DNA of 64,000 nucleotides from Candidatus Eiseniibacteriota bacterium (lineage in GTDB: Bacteria > Eisenbacteria > RBG-16-71-46 > CAIMUX01 > VGJL01). Location: the NCBI GenBank assembly GCA_963792585.1, contig CAWBWI010000003.1, forward strand, positions 32,001-96,000, read 5' to 3'. The notes beneath the pieces are model-generated. The model was not told the DNA's origin. It searched no databases and worked only from the letters and a program-made list of their open reading frames with translations. A program made the position numbers and the translations under genes. This document shows, piece by piece, positions 9,419 to 21,207 of this stretch. The first letter of the stretch is position 1. The number at the start of each line of letters is the position of its first letter.

Positions 9419-10873
9419 ATGCGCATCCTCATCGTCGGCGCCAGCGGCTACATCGGCGGTCGCCTGGTCTCGCTGCTCCAGGCCGGGGCCACGACCTCGT
9501 CCTGCTGAGCCGCGACGCCCGGCCCCTCGCGGCCCGGTTCCCGGAGGCCAGGGTCGTCGCCGCCGACCTCCTCGACCGCACCGACACTGCCCCCGGCGCT
9601 CGAGGGGATCGAGGTCGCCTACTACCTGGCCCACTCGATGGGAGCCGGCGAACGGGGGTTCGCGGAGCGGGACCGGCAGGCGGCCCGCAACTTCGCGCAG
9701 GCGGCGAAGCACGCGGGCGTGGCGCGGATCATCTACCTGGGCGGCCTCGGCGACGACGCGGCGGACCTCTCGCACCACCTCGCCAGCCGCCACGAGACGG
9801 GCGCCGAGCTGGCGGCCCACGGCGTCCCGGTCACCGAGTTCCGGGCCGCGGTGATCATCGGGTCCGGCAGCGCGTCGTTCGAGATCCTGCGCCACCTGAC
9901 GGAGCGCCTGCCGGTCATGATCACGCCCCGCTGGGTGGCGCACCCGCTGCCAGCCGATCGGCATCCGCGACGTCCTGGACTACCTCGCGGCTGCGCTCGA
10001 CCACCCGGAGGTCACCGGGATCGTGGAGATCGGTGGGCCGGACGTCCTCTCCTACGGCGACATGATGCGGACCTACGCTCGCCTGCGCGGCCTGCGTCGG
10101 CTGATGATCCCCGTCCCGGTGCTCACCCCGCGCCTCTCCTCGTACTGGGTGAACCTCGTCTCGCCGGTGCCGGCAGGGATCGCCCGGCCGCTCATCGAGG
10201 GCCTGCGCAACGAGGTCGTCGTCCGCGAACCCGGGCCGGCCGCGCGCGTTCGGCCTGCGGCCCCTGCCATACGTCGAGGCACTCCAGCGGGCCATCGACC
10301 GCACCGACCGGCACGACGTCGAATCGACGTGGTTCGACGCGCTGGCTGCCCCCGACAAGGCGAGCCTCTCGTCGCTCACGTCCCACGAGGGGATGATCGT
10401 CGAGCGCCGGCAGCGAGCCGTCGCCGCACCACCCGAGCGGGTGTTCGCCGAGATCGAGCGGGTCGGCGGCGACGCCGGCTGGCCGTACGCGAACGTCCTG
10501 TGGCGCATCCGGGGCTTGGCGGATCGCGTCGTCGGCGGCGTCGGGATGCGACTGGGCCGTCGCGATCCCGAGCACCTGCGGGTCGGGGATGCGCTCGACT
10601 TCTGGCGCGTGGAGGAGGTCCGTCGGCCGACCCTGCTGCGCCTGCGGGCGGAGATGAAGGTGCCCGGGCCGGGCCTGGCTCCAGTACGAGGTGATGCCGG
10701 CCGACGGCGGCAGCCGCCTGGTCCAGACCGCCTTCTTCGAGCCGAAAGGGCTCCCGGGTCTCGCCTACTGGTACGTGCTCTACCCGGTCCACGGCCTGAT
10801 CTTCCGCGGGATGGCCCGCGTCCTCGCGGAGCGTGCCGTCCGCCGGGCCGATGGCGCTCCGCCAGCGAGCTGA
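9419..10873 (+). CDS. YbjT-like SDR/NAD(P)-binding protein with DUF2867 C-terminus; frameshifts
   Basis: MRILIVGASGYIGGRL; RAAVIIGSGSASFEI; LRVGDALDFWRVEEV; FEPKGLPGLAYWY. Confidence 0.88.
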
Positions 10874-10921
10874 TCACCGGCTCGAGCGCTCGTCCGGGAT
10901 GTCAGCCAGCGGCGGGAGTCG

Positions 10922-11401
10922 TCACCGGCTTCGACGGGTGGGCGACACCCAGGTCAGGACGGCGACTGCGCCGATCACGGCGGCCACCGCAAGCCCCAGG
11001 CCCAGGATGGCGAAATCACCGGTCCACTCGACGGCCTGACCGAGGAAGGCGACGAGGAGGGCGACGATGATGACCTCGGTCAGGTTGTCCTTGAGGTCGT
11101 CGAGGGACTCGATCTTCAGCCACCCCGGGAGCGGCACGTCGTGATGGACGAAGAGCTGGTACAGGCCGGCCGAGATGACGAACAGGACGGTCCCGATCAG
11201 GAAGATGTCGATGATCGCCACCGTGTCGGCGATGAGGCCCTTGCTCGCCGCGGACGATGCCTCGCCGGCCCTGATGAGGTCGATGATCACGGCGAAGACG
11301 CGGATCAGTCCGAACACTTGCAGGGTGGCGGACGCCACGAACGTGCCCAGGACCGCCAGGACGATCAGGAATCGACTCGTGCCGAGGACATCACGAACCA
11401 T
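10922..11401 (-). CDS. YqhA/UPF0114 family membrane protein
   Basis: IDIFLIGTVLFVISAGLYQLFV...PGWLKIESLDDLK. Confidence 0.88.
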   Translation of the reverse strand: MVRDVLGTSRFLIVLAVLGTFVASATLQVFGLIRVFAVIIDLIRAGEASSAASKGLIADTVAIIDIFLIGTVLFVISAGLYQLFVHHDVPLPGWLKIESLDDLKDNLTEVIIVALLVAFLGQAVEWTGDFAILGLGLAVAAVIGAVAVLTWVSPTRRSR

Positions 11402-11548
11402 CGCCGAGCGATGGTACCCGACGCCATCTCGGTGCCGTTCGCGATCTGGGGCGTGTCCGGTGCAGCGTCGAGCGCCCCGGTCGCAACCCCGAGGGTGGCC
11501 CAGCCGTCCTAGAGCCGGGCCAACATGCACCAACCCGAGGTGACCACC

Positions 11549-12572
11549 GTGCGCATCCTTCCATTCCGAGCCGGCCTGTTGGTCGCCACGTCGCTCCTTT
11601 TCGTTGCGTGCGGCCAGGCTGCGCCCCCGAGCGAGGGCAGCGAGATCCCCGGGCGCATCGCCTACCGCCACTCCGGCGGGAACCGCGGCGTCCCCGGGGG
11701 CAGCAAGCCCCCCACCAAGCGCGATGTCAGAGGCCCTCATCCAGGAGTCGATCGCGTTCCGGTCACTCCGGGGTCTGCGCGCCGACGAGGCGTGGGTCCG
11801 CGAGGTCGCGGCGGATGCTCGGAGCACGATGACGTTCGGCGTGCCGCTCCTCCCCGACGAAGCGGCTGGACTCGAGGCTCGTCCCCGGGAGTTCCGCGAG
11901 CTCGTTCCGCTGCTCCAGGACTACGCGGCGCAATACCCCGGGGAGTTCGGTGGGATGTACGTGGACCCGCCCGGCGGGACCCGGATCATCCTCATGTTCA
12001 CGCGTCGACTGGCGGACCACGAGGCCGCGCTCGCGAAGCTCGTTCATCCCGCCGTCTGGCTGCAACTCCGGGAGACGCGGATCGCCGAGAGCGACCTGGA
12101 CGCCCTGATGGAGCGGATCGCACAGGATCAGGAGGCACTCCGAGGGATCGGCGCCTTCGTCGTCGAGATGAGCCGCGATGACGTCGCACGTACGGTGAAC
12201 GTCCGCCTTTCGACCGAACGATCCGACGCAGCGGGCCTGTTCGTCGGCATGTACGGGCCGAACGTGACCACTGAGGTGATCGACCCGACGGGCGCCTACC
12301 TCAAACCAAGGGCGACGCTCGTCGGTCGCACCGTCGATGCGTCCGGACGCGGCGTGGCGGCGGTCATCGGCCTCAAGCCGCTCTTCGCGGACGGGCTGCC
12401 ATTCGACGCAATCGGCTATGACCCGAAACCGGACGGCACGTTCCGGTTCGAGGACCAGCTGCCAGGTCGATGGTTGGTCACCGCGGACGCCGCCGGGTAT
12501 CAACCGGTCTCCGTGGAGACGGAACTCACGCCTGGGGCCGTCACCACGCTCGAGATCGTCATGAAGCCATAG
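11549..12572 (+). CDS. Putative lipoprotein with C-terminal carboxypeptidase-regulatory-like domain; frameshift near 11650
   Basis: Lipobox LFVAC; GRTVDASG...DGTFRFEDQLPGRWLVTADAAGY. Confidence 0.6.
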
Positions 12573-12731
12573 CCTCTTGCGCCGGTCGTTGCGCCGGCCC
12601 GCGCGGTCCTCGCGGCTCTTGTCGTGCCTGCTAGCGTAGGCACCAAGCCGGGGACGATATTCGAACGCCCGGCGCGGCCTGGAGGATGGCCGCCGGTGTC
12701 GTTCGGAACCCGCACCCCGAGGCATGGACCG

Positions 12732-13679
12732 ATGGCTGAGACCCGACCCCTGCTCGAGTGCCGCGACCTGCGCAAGCAGTACGGCGAACGGACCGCCGTG
12801 GACGGGATCAGTTTCGAGATCGCACCCGGCGAGACGTACGGGCTCCTCGGCCCCAACGGCGCCGGCAAGACGACGACGATCTCGATGATCTGCGGCCTGC
12901 TGCGCCGCGACGGCGGCGAGGTGGTCGTGGCCGGCCGACCGGTCGACATCGGCGCTACCGAGGCGAAGGCGTCGATCGGCTACGTCCCGCAGGATCTCGC
13001 GATCTACCCGGACCTGACCGCGCGGGAGAACCTCAGGTTCTTCGGCCGATTGCAGCGCCTCGGTGGTCACGACCTGGATCGGCGCGTGGACGAGATCCTG
13101 GCCCTGACGGACCTGGCGGATCGGGCCAAGGACCGCGTCGACAGCTTCTCGGGAGGGATGAAGCGCCGGCTCAACATCGGGATCGGGCTGCTCCACCGAC
13201 CCGAACTGCTGGTCCTCGACGAACCGACCGTCGGGGTGGACCCGCAGAGCCGCAATGCGATCCTGTCGAGCGTCGCGGACCTTGGTCGCGAGGGGATGGC
13301 GGTCCTCTACACCACCCACTACATGGAGGAGGCGGAGCGACTCTGCGACCGCATCGGGATCATCGACGAGGGACGGATCAAGGCCGAGGGTACCCGTCGC
13401 GAGCTCGTCGCCCTGGTCGGACAGAAGGACCGCGTCGAGCTGGTCGCGACCGGCGCCGTCGGGCCGGCGACCACGGCCCTCGGAGCACTCGACTTCGTCG
13501 CGGAGGCCATCCGCGAGGACGAGCGGATCGAGCTCGTCGTGGACGAGGCGCGGAACCACCTTCCCGGCATCATCGAGACTGCGGTCGCCCAGGGCGCGGT
13601 CATCAACAGCGTCCAGGTCGTGGAGCCGGACCTGGAGGCGGTCTTCCTCCACCTGACCGGCAAGGCGCTGCGGGACTGA
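12732..13679 (+). CDS. ABC-2 exporter ATP-binding protein (LnrL-like)
   Basis: GPNGAGKTT, FSGGMKRRL, LVLDEPTVGVD. Confidence 0.95.
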   Translation: MAETRPLLECRDLRKQYGERTAVDGISFEIAPGETYGLLGPNGAGKTTTISMICGLLRRDGGEVVVAGRPVDIGATEAKASIGYVPQDLAIYPDLTARENLRFFGRLQRLGGHDLDRRVDEILALTDLADRAKDRVDSFSGGMKRRLNIGIGLLHRPELLVLDEPTVGVDPQSRNAILSSVADLGREGMAVLYTTHYMEEAERLCDRIGIIDEGRIKAEGTRRELVALVGQKDRVELVATGAVGPATTALGALDFVAEAIREDERIELVVDEARNHLPGIIETAVAQGAVINSVQVVEPDLEAVFLHLTGKALRD

Positions 13680-13682
13680 CCG

Positions 13683-14863
13683 ATGCGCGCCGCGATGATC
13701 ATCGCCGTCAAGGACCTGCGCCAGAAGGTCGGCGATCGTTCGGCGCTGTTCCTGGCGGTCCTGGCGCCGCTGGGCCTGGCGTTCCTGTTCTCGCTGATGA
13801 TCCCGAGCCAGGGCGACTTCCATGCCACGTACGTGGTCGTGCGACCTCGACGGCGGCCCGCTCGCGCCAGGGGTTGCGCTCCGGTCCCCTCCAGGGGCTC
13901 GCCGACGCCGACGTGGCGACCATCACGAGCGCCGGATTCCGAGGCCGACGCCAGGGCGCAGGTGGAAGCCGGCGACGCCGATGCGGCCATCGTCATCCCG
14001 GTCGGCTTCTCCGACGCGATCCAGGCGGGCGAGGCCGGCGAAGCTGCGCGATCATCGGAGGCCCCGGGACCCTCGCGGTGGAGGTCGCCAGATCCGTGCT
14101 GGCCGGGTTCGGCAGCGAGGTCACGTCCGTCCAGGTCGGCGTCCGTGCCGCGCTGGCGGCGACCGGCGACGCACCCGAGCCGTCGCTCCTCGCAACGACT
14201 CGCCCAGGACGCCATCGCGATCCCGGCGCCGATCGTCGTCGCCGCCGACACGACGGCCGAGCGGCAAGCCTCGTCGACGACGTACTACGGCGCCTCGATG
14301 GCGGTGCTGTTCGTCTTCTTCGCGGCCCAGTTCGGCGTCGTCGGACTGCTTGCCGAGCGGCGGACCGGCACGCTGGCCCGGATGCTCGCGTCGCCGATCG
14401 GCCCGAGCTCCATCCTGCTGGGCAAGGTGCTGGTCAGCCTGGTCATCTCGATCGTGTCGATGAGCGTGATGGTGATCGCGACGACGCTCCTCCTCGGCGC
14501 TCGTTGGGGTGACCCCCTGGCGGTCGCCGCCCTCATCGGGGCGATGGCGATCGCGGCGACGGGTATCGCCACGCTCGTGGTCGGGTTCGCGAGGACCGAG
14601 GAGCAGGCCGGCGGTGCCATCGCGATCGTGGCCCTGACGCTGGCCGTCCTCGGGGGATCGTTCTTCCCGCTCTCCCAGGCGCCGGAGGGCATGGCCTCGC
14701 TCAGCCTGATCACGCCGCATGCCTGGTTCCTCCGCGGCATCAACGATCTCGCCGGCGGGGGATCCATCGGCACGGTCGCGTTTCCGTCCTGGTGCTGCTC
14801 GCGGTCGGTGTCGTGACCGGCGGGATCGGGCTGGCACGGGCGCGTCAGGTGGTCACGCCGTGA
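13683..14863 (+). CDS. ABC-2 permease (LnrM-like); frameshifts
   Basis: ERRTGTLARMLASP; LGGSFFP; TPHAWFLRG. Confidence 0.88.
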
Positions 14864-16024
14864 GGGCGCTCGCCATCGCCGGGGTCAACCTGCGGCGGCT
14901 GTTCCGCGACCGGACCGGGCTGTTCTTCATCTTCGTCCTGCCGGTCGTCCTGATCGTCGTGCTCGGCACGGTCTTCGGCGGCCGCACGGCACCGCGGCTC
15001 GGGGATCGTCGTGGTGGACGCCGGCCCGCTTGCGGGCGAGCTGGCCGATGCGGTCCGCGACGGCGAGGTCCGGCTCGAGGTCACGACACCCGTGGACGAG
15101 GACCGGCTGCGGACCGCCGTCGAGGAGGGCTCGCTGGAGCTCGGACTCGTCGTGCCGGCCGGCTACGACGCGGCCCTGCGAGACGGGGGACGGGCCGAGG
15201 TGACCGTGATCGGTCTACCCACGACCGCGCTGTCGGCACTCCGCCGCGCCGTTGATACCGCGGTGGCAGAGCAGGCCGCCCGGATCCGGGCCGCCCGCCT
15301 GGTACAGGCGGAGGCCGGCGTCGGGTTCGACGAGGCGCTCGCGATCGCCACGGCGGTCCAGGCCGCGACACCCGCGATGGACGTCACGGTCGAACGGATC
15401 GGCGAGGGCATCTTCCCGGAGGGCACGGCGGCGTTCGCGCCCGGCGCCCAGAGCCAGCTCGTCCTGTTCATGTTCCTGACGTCGATGACGGCGGCCACCC
15501 AGATCATCCTGAGCCGTCAGCTTGGCGTTTCCCGGCGGATGCTGGCCGCCCCCATCGGGATCACGACGATCGTGGTCGGCGAGGTACTCGGCCGCTTCGG
15601 CGTGGCGATGGTCCAGGGACTGTTCATCGTGTTCCTGTCGGCCCTGGCGTTCGGTGTGCCGTGGGGCGATCCACTGGCGGCCGGGATGCTCGTGGTCGTG
15701 TTCGCGCTGGTCGGCACGGGCGCCGCGATGGTCGTGGGGGTGTTCGCGAACGACGTCGACCAGGCGGGCTCGCTCGGCGTGATGGCCGGGATGCTGCTCG
15801 GTGCCCTCGGCGGCGCGATGGTGCCGCTCGAGATCTTCCCCGAACCGATGCATACGCTCGCATACGCGACGCCGCAGGCCTGGGCGATCCAGGGTCTGCG
15901 AACGGTCGGCCTGCGCGACGGTGGCGTGGCCGACATCCTCGTCGAGCTCGCGGTGCTGAGCCTGTTCGCGCTGGGCCTGATCGCCCTCGGGACGTGGCGG
16001 TTCCGACGCGTGCTCTCGCGCTGA
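14860..16024 (+). CDS. ABC-2 permease (LnrN-like); frameshift near 15000
   Basis: NLRRLFRDRTGLFFIFVLP; LGGAMVPLEIFP; TPQAWA. Confidence 0.9.
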
Positions 16025-16039
16025 CGGGGGCGCGGCGGC

Positions 16040-16474
16040 TCAGGCCCGTCGGTATCCGATCTCCCAGACCACGGTCCACGATCCTCCGTCGTCGGCCGAG
16101 CGTTGCCACTGCCAGCGGAGGGCGTCCGTCGTCACGTCCAGCCAGATCATCCGTTGCAGGACCGGCAGCCCCTCCACGCTCGCCTCGCGCTGGAAGCTGA
16201 TCCGCCCATCGACTTCGACGCCGGTGAAGTCGAGATACGCGCCGTTCGAATCGACCCACGTCTGCCGCCAGCGGCCGTCGGTGGCATCCCGGACGGACAG
16301 GCTCCGGCCGCGCAGGGTGCCATCCACGTCACCCCCGTCGAACGTCTCCTCGATGACGCGGTCCTCGAGGACCCGGCGGATCGTGTTCGTACCGCGGCCA
16401 CCGCCTGGCCAGGCAAGGACCCAGGTTCCCAGCCAGAAGTCGAGGGCGTCGGGCCCGAGCGGGTCGTCCGTCAT
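16040..16474 (-). CDS. DUF1579-like beta-barrel protein
   Basis: LDFWLGTW...WRQTWVDSNG...WQRSADDGGSWTVVWEIGY. Confidence 0.7.
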   Translation of the reverse strand: MTDDPLGPDALDFWLGTWVLAWPGGGRGTNTIRRVLEDRVIEETFDGGDVDGTLRGRSLSVRDATDGRWRQTWVDSNGAYLDFTGVEVDGRISFQREASVEGLPVLQRMIWLDVTTDALRWQWQRSADDGGSWTVVWEIGYRRA

Positions 16475-16564
16475 CCGGTCATGAAACGACCTAGCGGGCC
16501 GGGCGTCAATCAGGTGGGTACGATGCGTGTGCGCAATCGGCGCCAGCGCAGACGGAGGGCGACC

Positions 16565-16930
16565 GTGACATCCGGATCCAAGCTCGAGCCCGTCGTCGAG
16601 GACCCCGAACTCCTCCGGCGGCTCGCCGCCGAACGGGTCCCGCTGACCGTCTGCCCGATGAGCAACATCGTCATCGCGAACCGGTACGGGTCGCTCGCGG
16701 AGCACCCGTTTCGGGCCATGCGTGACGCCGGCCTGCTCATGACGGTGAACACGGACGACCCCGCGATGATGGGCTGGGACCTGGGTCGCGAATACGAGGC
16801 GCTCGGGGCGGCAATGGGCTACGACCTCCGCGAGCTCGGGCGCATCGCGGTCGAGGGGATCGACTCCACTTGGCTGGACGCGACGGAGCGGGCATCGCTG
16901 GCCCGGGAGTTCGAGTCGGCCCTGGACTGA
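16565..16930 (+). pseudogene. add: Adenosine/adenine deaminase with large internal in-frame deletion
   Basis: GGAGG plus GTG start, about 9 codons, then directly the C-terminal third (LTVCPMSN...HPF...TVNTDDPAM); N-terminal HxH metal motif absent. Confidence 0.75.
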
Positions 16931-16996
16931 CCGATCCGACGCCGATCCGACGCCGACGGCGCCGCGTTCGGTACAGTGGCGTGGAAGGGAGTCCTG

Positions 16997-18136
16997 ATGC
17001 ATCGAGTCCTGGTCCTGGGTGGTGGGTTCGGCGGGATCGCCACGGCCGTCGCGCTGCGGGCGCGACTCGAGCCCGATGACGAGGTCGTGCTCGTCGAGCG
17101 CCGCCCGACCTTCGTCATGGGCCTTCGCAAGAACTGGGTGCTCGTTGGCGCCTCCACGATCGCCGAGGGCGAGCGGTCGCTGGCGCTCCTCGAGGGCCGC
17201 GGCATCCGGCTCGTCGCCGGCACGATCGATTCGATCGACCCTGTCGGGCGCGCGGTGGACGTTGACGGCCGACGACTGGAGGCGGACGCGCTCGTCGTCG
17301 CGCTCGGGGCGCAACGCGACCCCGACGCGATCCCGGGATTCCGCGACCACGCGATCGACGTCTACGACGCCTCAGCGAGCGAGACTGGCGCCGCCGCCAT
17401 CGAGCGGTTCGCCGGCGGGCGGGTCCTGATCGGCGTGTTCGGCGCACCGTACCCGTGCCCACCGGGGCCATACGAGCTCGCGCTTCTGCTCGCCGAGCGC
17501 CTGGAGGCGCGTGGCGTGCCCGGCGGGGTGTTCGTCTTCTCGCCCCAGCCGGGTTCGCTGCCGATCCTGGGCACCGACGGTTGTGCGTCATTCGATGGTC
17601 GACTCGCCAACGCGGGCATCACCTTCCGACCGAAGACGCAGGCGACGTCCGTCGAGCCCGGCGCGGTCATCACCGCGGACGGCGTGCGCATCCCGTTCGA
17701 CCTGCTCCTGGGCGTGCCGCCACATCGGGCTCCGTCGGTCGTGGGCGCCGCCGGTCTGACCGGTCCGAGCGGTTGGGTCGGCGTCGACGCCCGGACCCTC
17801 GAGACGCGCTTCGCGGGGGTGTACGCCATCGGCGATGTCACGGCGATCCCGCTGGCGAACGGGATGGCGCTTCCCAAGGCGGGGGTCTTCGCCCATGGCG
17901 AGGGCGAGGTCGTGGCCGCCCGGATCACGGACGTGCTCGCGGGTCGGGAGCCGTCGGCGACGTTCGCGGGACAGGGGACGTGCTTCCTGGAGACCGGGCA
18001 CGGTGCCGCGACCGTGGTCGAGGGCGACTTCTACGCGGATCCACCGGCCGTCGGCCTCGGCGCGGATTCTGCGGCGAATCTCGCCGCCAAGCACGCCTTC
18101 GAGTCGGATCGCCTCACCGCCTGGTTCGGCGGCTGA
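16997..18136 (+). CDS. Sulfide:quinone oxidoreductase-like FAD-dependent oxidoreductase
   Basis: LVLGGGFGG; YPCPPGPYE; YAIGDVT; LPKAGVFA; CFLETG. Confidence 0.82.
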   Translation: MHRVLVLGGGFGGIATAVALRARLEPDDEVVLVERRPTFVMGLRKNWVLVGASTIAEGERSLALLEGRGIRLVAGTIDSIDPVGRAVDVDGRRLEADALVVALGAQRDPDAIPGFRDHAIDVYDASASETGAAAIERFAGGRVLIGVFGAPYPCPPGPYELALLLAERLEARGVPGGVFVFSPQPGSLPILGTDGCASFDGRLANAGITFRPKTQATSVEPGAVITADGVRIPFDLLLGVPPHRAPSVVGAAGLTGPSGWVGVDARTLETRFAGVYAIGDVTAIPLANGMALPKAGVFAHGEGEVVAARITDVLAGREPSATFAGQGTCFLETGHGAATVVEGDFYADPPAVGLGADSAANLAAKHAFESDRLTAWFGG

Positions 18137-18462
18137 CGGCCAGCTGACCGGCGGTGGCGGGGCGGGCGGTTGACGCCCGGGGTCGAACGGACCGACGAGC
18201 GGGCCGTGGGCGGGCGTCGTTCGTCAGGCTTGACGGCGGTGACTCAGCGGACCGATACGGGCCCTCGGACTGATCCGCCTGACCGTCCGCTGGTCGGCTG
18301 AGACGCCCCGGGTCAGATCGGCCACCAGTGGCCCACCGGCACCGAGCGCCCGGCGTTGCGCGGTGGCACAGGCGGCGGGAACAACGGTTCGTCGCACGCC
18401 GTCTCCGCGCTGGACGCCGCTCCACGCCGCGGCCACCAAGCGCAGATCGAAGGGAATCACCC

Positions 18463-19191
18463 ATGTCGCAGTCCATCCGCACCGCCGGCGCCCTGGCGCT
18501 GGGGGCCTTGTTCGTTGCCGTCGCGGCGCTCGCCATCCGGCCCGGGCCAACGGCTGGCGCACCGGCGACCGACGAGTCGGCCATCCACACCATCACGGTC
18601 TCCGCGACCGGAGCCGTGACCCTTGTGCCGGACGTCGCCCGCGTCGGACTGGGCGTCACCGTGACCAAGCCCACGGTGAAGGCGGCGCGCGACGCCGCTG
18701 GCACGGCCATGAACGCGATCATCGCGAGCCTCAAGGCGCTCGGCATCGACGACAAGGACATCAAGACGACGTCGATCGACCTGAGTCCCCAGTACAGCAA
18801 CGCATCACCCGCCAAGATCGTCGGCTACCGCATGAGCCAACAGCTCCAGGTCACCGTGCGCGACCTCGACAAGGCCGGCGACGTGGTCGACACCGCGACC
18901 GCCAAGGGCGCGACCGACGTCAACGGCCTGTGGTTCGAGGTCGCCGACCCCGCGAAGGCCATGGACGAGGCGCGGGCCGACGCGATCGCGAAGGCGCGCA
19001 CGAGCGCCGGGGCGATGGCCTCGGCGGCCGGCGTGACGCTGAAGGGCGTGGTCTCGATCTCCGAGTCGTCGGCCTACTATCCCGGCCCGTACTACGGGGT
19101 CGCCGGGGCGCGCGACGAGGCGGCCACGCCGGTCCAGCCGGGCACCCAGGACGTCCAGGCGACGGTCACGGTCGTCTTCGAGATCGGCTGA
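18463..19191 (+). CDS. SIMPL (DUF541) domain protein
   Basis: Signal peptide; ITVSATGAVTLVPDVARVGLGV; PVQPGTQDVQATVTVVF. Confidence 0.92.
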   Translation: MSQSIRTAGALALGALFVAVAALAIRPGPTAGAPATDESAIHTITVSATGAVTLVPDVARVGLGVTVTKPTVKAARDAAGTAMNAIIASLKALGIDDKDIKTTSIDLSPQYSNASPAKIVGYRMSQQLQVTVRDLDKAGDVVDTATAKGATDVNGLWFEVADPAKAMDEARADAIAKARTSAGAMASAAGVTLKGVVSISESSAYYPGPYYGVAGARDEAATPVQPGTQDVQATVTVVFEIG

Positions 19192-19207
19192 CCCGAAAGA
19201 CGGCGGA

Positions 19208-19700
19208 TCAGGCGCGTGCGGCGCCCGCGGCACCCCAGCGGCGAACCTCCGCGTCGAGGTCCAGCGGCATGACCACGCCCTTGTCGGCGTACTCGCCCCA
19301 GGCCTCGCGCGGCACGCGCCACATGATCTCGAACTCGTTGCCGTCGGGATCGGCGCCGTAGAGCGACTTGCTGACGCCGTGATCCGACGCACCACCCAGG
19401 GCGCCGGCCGCCGAGAGGATGCGCGACGCCTCGGCAAGGTCGTCGATGGTCGGGACCTCCCACGCCAGGTGGTACAGGCCGACGGAGCCGCGCGGCGGCC
19501 GCGGGGCGGCCTCCCCCACCGAGAACAGCCCGAGGTCGTGGTGGTTCTCGCCGGCGGCCGACCGCATGAAGACGGCCCGGCCGCCGAACGCGGCCTCGAC
19601 GACCTCGAACCCGAAGACCCGGGCGTAGAAGTCGGCGGCGCGCGGTGGCGTCGCGGACATACAGGACGGCGTGGTTGAGGCGCGCGACGGGGATGCTCAT
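19208..19700 (-). CDS. VOC family protein (CatE-like); frameshift near 19650
   Basis: LNHAVLYV; NHHDLGLF; GLYHLAWEV; DHGVSKSLYGADPDGNEFE. Confidence 0.9.
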
Positions 19701-20356
19701 GCGCGGCGACCTCCTGCGGGGCGGGGCGCGACCGACGAGCTTCCAGCCGGACTGCCACGTGCCACCGTTGTTGATATTGAGGGCCATGTTGAGGAAGGCG
19801 AGGCCCTCCAGCTGGCGGGCGCGGACGAGCGGGCCGACGTCGACGGGCTCGAGGCCGATCGACGCTGACCAGGTCCAGAACCTGCGCCTTCGCCGAGACG
19901 TCGTCGCCGGCCACGAACGCCGTCGAGCGTCTCGCCGTCGAGGATCGGGTCGACCTGGCGGCAGGCAAACAGGGTGTTGAAGGCCTTGACCACGTGGGAC
20001 GCTGGGAAGAGCGCGGCGACCGTCCTCGGCGTTCGAGGTGGTCGTATCGATCTCCGGGCCGTTCGGCGCCGAACGTGATCCGGTTGGTCACATCGACGAT
20101 GGTCTTGCCGGCCACGGTGTCCGCGATCTCGGCGGCGATGGCGGCCGACGCTGTCGATCCAGACGGCGAGCACGATGACGTCGCCGGCCTGCGCAGCGTC
20201 GACGTTGGACGCGGCGATGCGCGCGCCCGATGCCGCAGATGCGGCGGCGGCATCCTCCGCGTCCCGCGACGCGATGACGACGTCGTGGCCGGCTCGAGCG
20301 AACGCGGTGGCCAGTGCCGTGCCGACGTTGCCGGCCCCGATGATCGCGACGTTCAT
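19697..20356 (-). CDS. NADPH-dependent F420 reductase / dinucleotide-binding oxidoreductase; frameshifts
   Basis: VAIIGAGNVGTALA; VVKAFNTLF; FVAGDD. Confidence 0.85.
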   Translation of the reverse strand: MNVAIIGAGNVGTALATAFARAGHDVVIASRDAEDAAAASAASGARIAASNVDAAQAGDVIVLAVWIDSVGRHRRRDRGHRGRQDHRRCDQPDHVRRRTARRSIRPPRTPRTVAALFPASHVVKAFNTLFACRQVDPILDGETLDGVRGRRRRLGEGAGSGPGQRRSASSPSTSARSSAPASWRASPSSTWPSISTTVARGSPAGSSSVAPRPAGGRRA

Positions 20357-20475
20357 GAAGTCCTGTCCTCCTGGGTCGTTGGTCGGTGTCGACCGTTGCG
20401 ACCGGGTCATTCGTTGATGTCACAACCATATCCGCATGTATGCTGTTGTCAATATCGATTTGTGGAGAGCAAACC

Positions 20476-21061
20476 ATGGCACCAGAGACAGCCGCGCCGT
20501 ATGGCGACCGCGAGCACGCGCGACGGGCACTTCCGGTCGGCCGGCAGATCAGGCGCTGGCGGACCGGAACGCGGCCTCGACGCTCGCCGGCGTCGCCGAG
20601 CGAAGCGGCCTCAACGTCGGCTACCTGTCGCAGATCGAGAACGACAAGGCCTCGCCCTCGCTGGCCTGCCTCGCCGAGCATCGGCGCGGCACTGGACGTC
20701 CCGCCGGCCTGGTTCCTCATGGATGACGTCCCGGCTCCGACCGTCGTCCGCGCGAGCGAGCGGCCGGTCACCCTGACCGAGTCCGGCCGCGTCGAGCATG
20801 TCGACGGCAAGGCCTCGCGCGACATCTCCATCCTCGAGGTGACCGCCCGACCCGGTGCGTCCGTGGGCCTGCACGCCCACCCGGGCGACGAGCATCACCT
20901 CGTCCTGCGCGGTCGATTCCGCGCGACCCAGGGTCGACACGAGCGTGGAGCTCGGGCCAGGCGACTACCTGCGCTGGGACGGCGCCATGCCCCATGACGG
21001 CGAGGTCATCGGCGACGAACCGCTGTCCATGCTCATCATGCGGATCCGCCCGTCGGACTGA
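20476..21061 (+). CDS. XRE-cupin (PuuR-like) regulator; frameshifts
   Basis: LAGVAERSGLNVGYLSQIENDKASPSL; HAHPGDEHHLVLRG; LGPGDYLRWDGAMPH. Confidence 0.85.
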
Positions 21062-21207
21062 CCCGGAGCGGCGGTCCCGAACCGCAACCTCCGCAGCATC
21101 GCAACCTTCCGCGTGCGTCGCGGTAGACTCACCTTGACCACAAGTGTCCCCCGCGGTCCTCCCCAGGCTGCCGCGGCCCCGTCAACACCTCTCGACAGGT
21201 GGTGCCC

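Noticed and set aside
11763..13823. 686-aa minus-strand ORF (likewise 40448-42535, 51704-53548 and other long R/G/P-rich ORFs)
   Set aside because: Shadow or off-frame ORFs of real genes in high-GC DNA
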